Virus record (IMG/VR): IMGVR_UViG_3300037420_001273 | Direction: 5' to 3' (one strand) | Source: a virus | Length of the DNA stretch: 64,000 bases | The notes under the pieces: model-generated | What the model saw: the letters and a program-made list of their open reading frames with translations, nothing else | Database searches by the model: none | Told to the model about the DNA's origin: nothing | Shown: positions 43,096 through 50,805 of the stretch, piece after piece | Layout of the letters: every line of letters begins with the position of its first letter | How positions within the stretch are numbered: the stretch's first letter is position 1 | Position numbers and translations under genes: made by a program

Positions 43096-44022
43096 ATGCC
43101 TGTTCAGAACTACCGCGTCACGTCCGGCGTGCCGATGCCTTGGGCCGAGATCGTCGGCGGCGGTGGACTGGATGTCACCGGCGTCACGTACAACACCAAT
43201 GGCACCGTTGCCACGTATACCGCCAACGGCCGCACGTGGACGTTGAGCTACCTGAGCGACGGTCGCCCCGACACCGAGACGTCTAGCGGCTTCACCCGTC
43301 AGTACACGTACGACGCTTCCGGCAACTTCACCGGCGTGTCGGGCGCCGGGGTCGCGACGAACCAGACCAACAGCGGCACCTTGGCGAACCGACCAAGCAG
43401 CGCACTCGCCGGCGACCGGTATTTCTGCACCGACGTCGGCCCGCACGGCGTGATGACCGAGTACAAGGCATCCGGCTACTGGGGCCCGGCTGGTACGCAG
43501 TTGTTGGAGTCCTTGCTCGGCACCACCTCGTCGCCGGTGTCGAACACGCTCACCAACGCGAATACCACGTCAACGTTGTTCAAGGCGCCAGATGGCACGA
43601 CGCAGCTGATCCGTACGATCCCGGCGAACCTGCTGACGCTCGGCAAGTCGCGCCTGCGCATCCACGTGCGCCCGAAGCGCACGCAGACCAGCGGCACGAA
43701 CTCGATCACCGTCTACATGAAGCTCGGCACTGCCGGCACGACGTCCGACGGCAGCATCAGCAGTAACAGCGTAGGCGCAACCGACGGGATCTCGGCGCAC
43801 CTGATGTACGACCTGATGCTGACCAACCTGTCAGGCAAGGTCGAGTCGTACGGCAACCTGGGCCCCAACGCCACCGCCACGACCGCCGGCGAGATCTCGG
43901 GCACTATCACGTTCACGCCGGCGAACGCGTGGATCATCTCGATCGGAATCACCGGTGTGAACGCGGCCGACACCGGCACGACCATATACCTTACCGACGT
44001 CGCGGTCGAATGGTTGGCGTGA
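43096..44022 (+). CDS. tail/structural protein
   Basis: Track ORF, 308 aa. Confidence 0.55.
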   Translation: MPVQNYRVTSGVPMPWAEIVGGGGLDVTGVTYNTNGTVATYTANGRTWTLSYLSDGRPDTETSSGFTRQYTYDASGNFTGVSGAGVATNQTNSGTLANRPSSALAGDRYFCTDVGPHGVMTEYKASGYWGPAGTQLLESLLGTTSSPVSNTLTNANTTSTLFKAPDGTTQLIRTIPANLLTLGKSRLRIHVRPKRTQTSGTNSITVYMKLGTAGTTSDGSISSNSVGATDGISAHLMYDLMLTNLSGKVESYGNLGPNATATTAGEISGTITFTPANAWIISIGITGVNAADTGTTIYLTDVAVEWLA

Positions 44023-44034
44023 AGGGACACTCTT

Positions 44035-45690
44035 ATGTCCCTTCTGCCGATGTATCAATCGCGGTATCACAAGCCATCCACGACGGCGGCGATCTTTCGC
44101 GGCCCTCGTGTAGCGGCGATTGACTACACCGCGACTGTCGACACGGTGCGCCGTGACCTGACGGCGAAGTTCGACATCGTCCTGCGCAACGGCAGCAGCA
44201 TCGCGAGCAACTTCACCTCGCTGGGCGCCTACACCGCCTTCATCCAGGGCGTGAAGGCGATCAACCCGACGATCAAGTGGCTGAACTACGTCATCGTCAA
44301 CCAGTGGAACACGTCGAACGGTGCGTGGAGCGCGCTGGCGAACGATCTCAACGCGACGGGCGGTAAGGGCGGCCTTGATGGGAAGCCTTGGTGGGTTTTC
44401 GACGCCGGCACGAGCACGCAGCTTTTGCTCGACGGCTCGCCGATGGTCAACCTCACCACGGCGGTCGCCGCCGACTCGAATGGCGACCGCTGGCCCCAGG
44501 TGTGCGGCAAGTGGTGGATCAACACGATGTATTCGGGCGCGCTGGGCGCGGCCCTGGGCATGGACGGCGTGTGGACCGATAACACGTTCTACGCCCCGCG
44601 CAAGAGCAACGACGCGAATCTGAAGATCGGCGACATCAACCTTGACGGTGTCAACGAAACAATCGGCGGTGATGGCCGCGCGTCGAGCTCCACCATCCGA
44701 GCCGCCTACCGCACCGGTGTCCAGGCGTTCTGGACGCAGATGTCATCGCTGCACTCCGGGCTGAAGATCGGCGGCAACAGCGATTACGACGCGAGCGCGC
44801 AGAAGGCGTCGGTCGACACCACCGAACTCACCGGCCGCTGCGACTATCCCTTCCTGGAGTCGTGCACCGGCAAGAGCTTCTCGACTGAGAACAGCGCCGG
44901 CTTCAGCGGCTGGATGACCTGGTACGCGTCGGCCGAGAACGGCTGCAAGGCCGGCGGTAGCGTGTGGGTGCATGCCTCGGCGGATTCGGTGACCAACGCC
45001 AGCCGCGCCTATCGGATCGCGCGCTACATCCTCGCAGTCGCGCACTTGCGTAACGGCTACGCGTGCGTGGCCGACAATCCGAGCGGCGGCTCCAACCAGC
45101 CCATCTGGTACAGCGATTTCGACCCGCTTGTCGCGAACATCGGCACGGCCGTCGATCCGGTGCAGACCGCGGCTTGGTCGAGCAACGTGTGGCGCCGGCG
45201 TTATCAGAACGGCGCCGTCTTCGTGGTCCCGACGGACACCCATGGCGGCTACTTCCGCCTCGGTGGCCTGTCGCTGATCCGCACCGCCAACGTAGTCACG
45301 CTTTCCGGCTCTGGGCTGACGGGGCACGGCGCCGTGGCCGGCGACCTCATCCGCTGGGAGATGGACGGCGTCACGCCAGCTGACGGCAGCTTCAAGGGCT
45401 GCTTCGCGATCACCGCCGTCACGGCGACCTCGATCTCATGGGCACAGACAGGCGCCGCCGACACCTCTTCGCTGACGGGCGTCGAGATGGGCTGGTGGGC
45501 GCTGCAGACGACGATCGACCTGACTGGTCAGGGCTATAAGCGCATCCTCACCACGAGCGACGCGCACAACAACTACGACGGCACGCTCGTCAGCGGCTCG
45601 GCGCCGGTCTATACGTCGCAGAACGACGGCACAGCCTGCGGCCTGGTCAAGTTGTGGGCCGGCGACGGACTAGTGGTGGTAGCAGCATGA
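44035..45690 (+). CDS. tail-associated protein, possibly glycosidase-like
   Basis: 551 aa. MDGVWTDNTFY-type segment suggests a TIM-barrel glycosyl-hydrolase-like fold (weak, recall-based). Confidence 0.5.
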   Translation: MSLLPMYQSRYHKPSTTAAIFRGPRVAAIDYTATVDTVRRDLTAKFDIVLRNGSSIASNFTSLGAYTAFIQGVKAINPTIKWLNYVIVNQWNTSNGAWSALANDLNATGGKGGLDGKPWWVFDAGTSTQLLLDGSPMVNLTTAVAADSNGDRWPQVCGKWWINTMYSGALGAALGMDGVWTDNTFYAPRKSNDANLKIGDINLDGVNETIGGDGRASSSTIRAAYRTGVQAFWTQMSSLHSGLKIGGNSDYDASAQKASVDTTELTGRCDYPFLESCTGKSFSTENSAGFSGWMTWYASAENGCKAGGSVWVHASADSVTNASRAYRIARYILAVAHLRNGYACVADNPSGGSNQPIWYSDFDPLVANIGTAVDPVQTAAWSSNVWRRRYQNGAVFVVPTDTHGGYFRLGGLSLIRTANVVTLSGSGLTGHGAVAGDLIRWEMDGVTPADGSFKGCFAITAVTATSISWAQTGAADTSSLTGVEMGWWALQTTIDLTGQGYKRILTTSDAHNNYDGTLVSGSAPVYTSQNDGTACGLVKLWAGDGLVVVAA

Positions 45691-46162
45691 GCCCCGCAGC
45701 CAGCAGCATCCATTGCTCCGGCTCCGGCACTGAGGAGACGACGACGTGAACCTCAGCCGGCGTGGTCGTCCACCACACTTCGGAGTTGGGCCCGCCGTCC
45801 ATCGAGGCGATGTTCAAGCCCATCCACAGACTCAGCCCTTCCTCGGGGCTGGTGAACGCCATGAAATCGAGCAGCTGATTGGTTGCAACGCGGTAGTCCA
45901 AGCGCGCCACAACGCTGGCCTGCGTGTTGCCGAAGACCGGCATCCACGAGGCGGCATGCAGGCATTCGTTTGGAGTTACGACGCCGTCGCCGTTCATGTC
46001 GTCGACCGTCAGCAAGGCTTGCAGCGCGAACGGCTTGATCATCCACGAGATGTTCTGCGGCAGTTCGTTGTCGAGTCCGCTGACAGTGATCGACAAGTCG
46101 AAGGGCTGAGCGTGGGCGCAACAGATCCCCGCGGCGAGCACCGTCCCGACGAGCAGCTTCAT
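45647..46162 (-). CDS. secreted PEP-CTERM (exosortase-sorted) protein with EF-hand/dockerin-like Ca loop; antisense moron
   Basis: 171 aa. Signal peptide MKLLVGTVLAAGICCAHA|QP; loop DMNGDGVVTPNE; C-terminus VPEPEQWMLLAAGLMLLPPLVRRRP (PEP + TM + Arg cluster). GGAG SD. Overlaps the tail gene convergently by 44 nt. Confidence 0.7.
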   Translation of the reverse strand: MKLLVGTVLAAGICCAHAQPFDLSITVSGLDNELPQNISWMIKPFALQALLTVDDMNGDGVVTPNECLHAASWMPVFGNTQASVVARLDYRVATNQLLDFMAFTSPEEGLSLWMGLNIASMDGGPNSEVWWTTTPAEVHVVVSSVPEPEQWMLLAAGLMLLPPLVRRRPTT

Positions 46163-46240
46163 GTCCGTCTCCGTTGTTATGCCCGAGACGATACGCAGCA
46201 GACGCTGTACCTGAATCCCACGAATGAGGGATGACGCCCC

Positions 46241-47404
46241 ATGTCGAACAACACCACTCTGAACCTCGGCTCCGGCGGCGACGTAGTTCGCACGTTAGAT
46301 CGTCAGTCGAACGGCACGAAGACGCAGGTCGTACAGCTGGACGTCGGGGGTGCGTCCACCAACGCCGAAGCGCTCCTGACCGGCGGGCAGCAGACGATGG
46401 CGAACTCGTTGCCCGTCGTCATCGCATCTAATCAGTCCGGCGTCGCAACCCTGACGCAAGACGCGACCGGCACCGGCATCACGTCGCTGGCTGATGGCGC
46501 CGGCGCGGTGGGCTTGATGTCGTCGATGTGCGCGACGAACTACGTCGTCTCGACCGCCAACAGCACGACCACGCAGCTGGCCGCGAGCGCGACGTTCAAC
46601 GGCACGATCGAGACGGTGTTCAACCAGCAGGCAGTGTCGATCCTGCTGACGTGCGACCAGAACTGCACGCTGACCGTCAACCAGTACATCGACTCCGGCG
46701 GCACGCGCGTCAGCAGCACGTGGACTTTCAGCGTCACGGCGGGCTCGCCCTTCAGCCGCTGCCTGGTGGCCAACGGCAACTACATCAAGTTCTCGCTGCA
46801 GAACAATGGCGGCTCGACGACGACCACGCTGAACCTGAACGTCGCCTACGGCACGCTGCCGAACTCGACGCAGCTGGGCAACAACAGCACGGCGATCAAC
46901 GAGATCGGCGGCACGCAGGTATCGACGCCGTACTTGCCGGTGTTCAAGACGAACACCAGCCGCACGTTCGTTCACCTCTGGGCCGTGGCTGCGGCAGCCG
47001 GCACGACCGGCACCGAGACCGCGATCACGCTGACGCGCTCCGGCGCGGCCGGCGCGTCGACGACCACCGGTACCAGCTTCACGCCGACCAGCGGCAAGCG
47101 CTTTCGCATCACGTCGATGTCGTTCGCCACGCGCGGCAACGCGACTGCGACCGTGCAGACCACGACGTTCGCGCTGCGCGTGAACACCGCCGGCGCTGTC
47201 ACTACGACTTCGAACATCTGGTTCTCGGCGCGCTCAGCGACGCCGGCCACGGCCAGCGCCTGGGACCGCTACGCACTCAACTTCGGCGACGACGGGCCTG
47301 AGCTGGTCGGTGACGGCACGCTGCAGTACGGCGTGACGGCGGCGGCGACGTACACAACCAACGCGCCGACGTGGGACGTCGAAATCACCGGCTACGAGTT
47401 CTGA
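46241..47404 (+). CDS. virion structural protein
   Basis: Track ORF, 387 aa (MSNNTTLNLGSGGDVVRTLDRQSNGTKTQVVQLDVGG...). Confidence 0.6.
   Translation: MSNNTTLNLGSGGDVVRTLDRQSNGTKTQVVQLDVGGASTNAEALLTGGQQTMANSLPVVIASNQSGVATLTQDATGTGITSLADGAGAVGLMSSMCATNYVVSTANSTTTQLAASATFNGTIETVFNQQAVSILLTCDQNCTLTVNQYIDSGGTRVSSTWTFSVTAGSPFSRCLVANGNYIKFSLQNNGGSTTTTLNLNVAYGTLPNSTQLGNNSTAINEIGGTQVSTPYLPVFKTNTSRTFVHLWAVAAAAGTTGTETAITLTRSGAAGASTTTGTSFTPTSGKRFRITSMSFATRGNATATVQTTTFALRVNTAGAVTTTSNIWFSARSATPATASAWDRYALNFGDDGPELVGDGTLQYGVTAAATYTTNAPTWDVEITGYEF
46294..46302. promoter_or_regulatory. GTTAGATCG copy embedded at the 5' end of gene 46241..47404
   Basis: Uses the rare TTA codon (ACG TTA GAT CGT). Confidence 0.35.
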
Positions 47405-47424
47405 TCTAACGTCTAACGAAGATC
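47403..47424. promoter_or_regulatory. GATCTAAC-GTCTAACGAAGATCG (inverted-orientation copies)
   Basis: Fills the 20-nt gap upstream of the fibre gene's GTG. Confidence 0.4.
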
Positions 47425-49719
47425 GTGCTGCTGTTCCATCAGAACCTGCTGAACGGCAATCGCTACGTGAATCATCACGTGGCGGGCACGTGGCTGCCCG
47501 GACTGCGCGAACGCGCGCAGATCATGTTCTTCAGCGCGAACCAGGCGAGCGCGGCGCTCACTGGGTCGAGCGCCACTACGACCGCCGGAACTGCTGCGCC
47601 CACGATCTCAGTCGCGCTTACCGGTACGACGGCCTCCACTGGCCAGGGCTCGTTCCCGCTCGTCTATGGCATCGGTACCCGTGTGGTCAATCCGCACGTG
47701 GCCGGGCGCTGGGTACCTGATGTCGCGGAGCGCGCGAAGCTGCTCCTGTTCTCGGCCACCCTGAGCAACGTTGCGCTCGCTGGCTCGAGTGCTACCGCCT
47801 CCGCGGGGTCCGCCACGGCGGCAATCAGCACGGCTCTGACTGGCGTCGGTGCAACCTCAGCAGTCGGCGCGATCACGTCGTCGTCGACTGTCGCCCTGAC
47901 CGGCTCCGCGTCGACGGCCTCCGCGGGCACGATGGCGCCGACGCACACGGCTGCGCTGTCCGGGAGCGCCGCCACTGGCGCCCAAGGCAGCGTGTCGGCC
48001 AGCGGCAGCGGCTCAGCCTCGCTCAGCGGCTCGGCTGCTACGGCCTCCACCGGTACGCCGGCGGTGACGCACACCGTGGCCCTGACGGGCGCTTCAGCCA
48101 CGTCTGCGCAAGGCTCCGTCATCCCCGGGCTGCAGCTCACCGGTGCCCAGGCAACCGGCGCTGCGGGCACGCTCGGCGTCGCCGCTGCGATCCCGCTCAC
48201 CGGCGCCTCGAACACTGCTGCGGCGGGCGCGCTGTCCGCCGGCGTGACGCTCGCGCTGAACGGGCAGGGCGCCGTGATCGCTCAGGGCCAGTTCTCGGCG
48301 GTGTTCGATGCCTATGGCGCACGGGCGGTCAACCGCCACGTTGCGGGCACCTGGTCGCCGGTGATGCACCAGCGAGCCGTGGTGATGATGACCGGCGGCT
48401 CCCTGGTCGGTCAGCAGGCGAGTGCAGCCGCCGGGGCGATGACGACTTCGCGCACGATCGCGCTCACCGGCGCCGCCGCTACGGCGCAGGCTGGGGCGCT
48501 CTCGGCGAACCAACCTGCCGGCGTCAACCCAACCGTCACCGGCTGGTGGACCGGCGCTGTCGTCAAGCGTTTCTCGTTGCTGGCGCCCGGCATCGAGCTG
48601 ATCGGTGTGTCGGCCGCGGCGTCCACCGGTGTTCTCTCGCCTGTGCGCAGCATCGCGCTCACCGGCTCGATTGCCACGGCCGCAGCTGGTTCGCTCGCCG
48701 CGACGATCCGCGTGGCGCCGAGCGGTTTGTCCGCTACGGGCGCACAGGGTTCTGTTGGGCCGGCTCAGCCTCTGGTCGGCAGCAGCCTGACTGGCGCCAC
48801 AGGTACGCTGAACCTCGTCAACTCGCCTGCGCTGAGCAACGCGCTCGCCAGCACCTCCGCCGGCAACCTCGGCGAGCTGGTGTCTGCATTCGCGCTCACC
48901 GGTGGCTCTGCTACGTCGCTCACCGGTACTGCCGCGCCGGCTATCACGATCGCGCTCACCGGCGCCGCCGCTACGGCCGCCGGCGGTACGCTGTCTGCAT
49001 CCAAATCCCTCAACGGCGCTGCCGCCACGGCTGCGGCCGGCACGCTCGGCGTGACGACCAGCATCGCGCTGACCGGCTCGGCTGCTGCGGGCGCGCAGGG
49101 CTCGGTTGGTACGAGCTTCGCCGGCAACGTGAGCCTGACCGGCTCTGCTGCGACGGCCGCGGCTGGCGTTCCTGGCGTCTCAGTCACGATCGCGCTGTCT
49201 GGCGCCGGTGCAGCCGCCGCGGTGGGCTCCGTCGGCCAGTCGCGCGCTGTCAGCACCAGCGGCGCGGCGGCCTCGAGCGTCGCAGGCAGCGTCGCTGCGG
49301 TCATCGCGAAGGCGCTCGCCGGCGCGCAGGCTGCGATGCAGGCCGGTGCCGTCAATATCCAGGGCGACTCCACGATCGCGCTCACTGGTACCGGCGCAGC
49401 GGCTGCGCAAGGGTCTCTCAGCTCGAGCTTCGCGGTCGGCGTTACCGGCGCGCAACTGGTCGCGGCGCAGGGCGCTGTCGACAAGGTGCTCGGCGCCGCG
49501 CTGTACGGCGCGTCCTTGAGCGCTCAGGCGGGTACCTTCATCGTCACCGGCGGCGTCATCGGCAGCGACGGCGGCGTGACCTCGCCCATCTACGCCCGCA
49601 CGTTCATTGACCAGCGCACCGCCCAGACGTTTATCGACGATCGCTTCGCTCACACCACAGACGGCGATACGAGTGCATCGACGTCTGACTCTGACATCGC
49701 TGCTTACACCCGGGAGTGA
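47425..49719 (+). CDS. repeat-rich Ala/Gly/Thr/Ser fibre-like protein
   Basis: 764 aa, GTG start. About 30 copies of a 19-21-aa unit (xALTGSAATAAAGTLxxxxx), plus four VNxHVAGxWxP...ERAxLLxF-type modules. Confidence 0.65.
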   Translation: MLLFHQNLLNGNRYVNHHVAGTWLPGLRERAQIMFFSANQASAALTGSSATTTAGTAAPTISVALTGTTASTGQGSFPLVYGIGTRVVNPHVAGRWVPDVAERAKLLLFSATLSNVALAGSSATASAGSATAAISTALTGVGATSAVGAITSSSTVALTGSASTASAGTMAPTHTAALSGSAATGAQGSVSASGSGSASLSGSAATASTGTPAVTHTVALTGASATSAQGSVIPGLQLTGAQATGAAGTLGVAAAIPLTGASNTAAAGALSAGVTLALNGQGAVIAQGQFSAVFDAYGARAVNRHVAGTWSPVMHQRAVVMMTGGSLVGQQASAAAGAMTTSRTIALTGAAATAQAGALSANQPAGVNPTVTGWWTGAVVKRFSLLAPGIELIGVSAAASTGVLSPVRSIALTGSIATAAAGSLAATIRVAPSGLSATGAQGSVGPAQPLVGSSLTGATGTLNLVNSPALSNALASTSAGNLGELVSAFALTGGSATSLTGTAAPAITIALTGAAATAAGGTLSASKSLNGAAATAAAGTLGVTTSIALTGSAAAGAQGSVGTSFAGNVSLTGSAATAAAGVPGVSVTIALSGAGAAAAVGSVGQSRAVSTSGAAASSVAGSVAAVIAKALAGAQAAMQAGAVNIQGDSTIALTGTGAAAAQGSLSSSFAVGVTGAQLVAAQGAVDKVLGAALYGASLSAQAGTFIVTGGVIGSDGGVTSPIYARTFIDQRTAQTFIDDRFAHTTDGDTSASTSDSDIAAYTRE
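47570..49500 (+). repeat. intragenic tandem repeats (about 57-63 nt period)
   Basis: Recurrent ATCGCGCTCACCGGC... words. For example, the 29-mer ATCGCGCTCACCGGCGCCGCCGCTACGGC occurs at about 48453 and about 48950. Confidence 0.8.
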
Positions 49720-50177
49720 CCATGCAGTTGAGCCCCCACTTCTCTCTGGCCGAATTCACGGTGACGCAGCACCGCGAGATCGACAACACGCTACCGCCGG
49801 ACCTGTATAACGAGGCCCGTCGCACCTGCCAGCTGCTCGAGCGCGTGCGCGACTTCCTGTCGAACAAGCTCGGGCGCGAGGTGCCGCTCACGCTGTCCAG
49901 CGGCTATCGCTGTCTCGAGCTCAACCGCGCCGTGGGCTCGGCGGACTCGAGCGACCACATCAAGGCGATGGCCGCCGACATGGTCGCGCCGGTGTTCGGC
50001 ACGCCGCTGAAGATCGCGAGCACGCTCGCGCCCTACGTCGATCAGCTCGGAGTGGGGCAGCTGATTCACGAGTACGGCCGCTGGGTCCACCTGTCGACCC
50101 GCACGCCGGACAAGACGCTGAACCGGATCATCACGATCAGCGGTGCGGGGACGTTCGTAGGAGTGCTGCCTTGCTGA
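49716..50177 (+). CDS. endolysin, Peptidase_M15 (zinc D-Ala-D-Ala / L-Ala-D-Glu peptidase-like)
   Basis: SGYRCLELNRAVGSADSSDHIKAMAADM...GRWVHL gives the H/D/H zinc-ligand pattern. Confidence 0.75.
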   Translation: MTMQLSPHFSLAEFTVTQHREIDNTLPPDLYNEARRTCQLLERVRDFLSNKLGREVPLTLSSGYRCLELNRAVGSADSSDHIKAMAADMVAPVFGTPLKIASTLAPYVDQLGVGQLIHEYGRWVHLSTRTPDKTLNRIITISGAGTFVGVLPC

Positions 50178-50641
50178 CCGACATCCGCACGTACATCGCG
50201 GTCGCCCTGTTAGTCGCCGGCTTCGGCGCCGGGCACTGGTGGGTTCAAACAAGCTGGGACAAGGCTGAAGCGGCCCGAACGTCTCAGCAGCTCGCGCAAG
50301 AGCAGGAATTGCGCCGCTTCGAGCAGGCGCGCGCCGCCAAGACTCAGGAGATCCAAAGTGACCAAGCCCTCAAGCAAGCGCGCCTGGCTCGCGCTGCATC
50401 TGACGATCACGTTGCTGTGCTCGGCCTGCGCGAGCAGCTCGATGCCATCCGCAACGACGCCGAAACAAACCCCGCCGCCTGCCGAGCTAATGCAGAGCGA
50501 GTCCGAGTCCTCGCAGGATTACTCGCAGAGGGCGTTGGACTGGTTCAAGAAGGTAAAGAACGCGTTGGACGGCTTGATGCCCGGCTAACTGGACTGCAAG
50601 CCATCGAAGGAGACGTGCGCGTAGCCGCGCCTCCGAAATGA
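50171..50641 (+). CDS. Rz: i-spanin (Rz-like)
   Basis: N-terminal TM YIAVALLVAGFGAGHWW followed by a coiled coil. TTG start overlaps the endolysin stop. Confidence 0.65.
   Translation: MLTDIRTYIAVALLVAGFGAGHWWVQTSWDKAEAARTSQQLAQEQELRRFEQARAAKTQEIQSDQALKQARLARAASDDHVAVLGLREQLDAIRNDAETNPAACRANAERVRVLAGLLAEGVGLVQEGKERVGRLDARLTGLQAIEGDVRVAAPPK
50358..50588 (+). CDS. Rz1: o-spanin (Rz1-like lipoprotein) nested in the +1 frame of Rz
   Basis: GTG 50358. Signal plus lipobox-like LLCSAC, then a Pro-rich PKQTPPPAE mature part. Fully embedded in Rz. Confidence 0.55.
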   Translation: MTKPSSKRAWLALHLTITLLCSACASSSMPSATTPKQTPPPAELMQSESESSQDYSQRALDWFKKVKNALDGLMPG

Positions 50642-50723
50642 ATCAGCGGTGGTTGTCCGCCAGCAGAGGGTGCGGACCGCTGTGGGGCGCTCACGAACCC
50701 CTATCCAACCCTCTGTCGCTCCT

Positions 50724-50752
50724 GCCGGCGGGTTTTGCCTTGGCCCGCCGGC
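50724..50752 (+). terminator. GC hairpin after lysis cassette
   Basis: GCCGGCGGG-(11 nt)-CCCGCCGGC. No U tract. Confidence 0.3.
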
Positions 50753-50773
50753 GGGTGCACCTAAAAGTCGAAT

Positions 50774-50802
50774 ATCGAAGTTAGATCGAACCTATAATCG
50801 AA
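50774..50802. promoter_or_regulatory. three ATCGAA units at 11/12-bp phase incl. GTTAGATCGAAC, overlapping a TATAAT box
   Basis: ATCGAAGTTAGATCGAACCTATAATCGAA. TATAAT at 50793..50798; ATG at 50806. Confidence 0.55.
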
Positions 50803-50805
50803 CGG

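Noticed and set aside
47425-49719. Diversity-generating retroelement (template/variable repeat) explanation for the repeat-rich fibre gene.
   Set aside because: No reverse-transcriptase gene is visible. There is no separate non-coding template repeat, and no adenine-specific mismatch pattern between copies. The repeats are intragenic tandem units.
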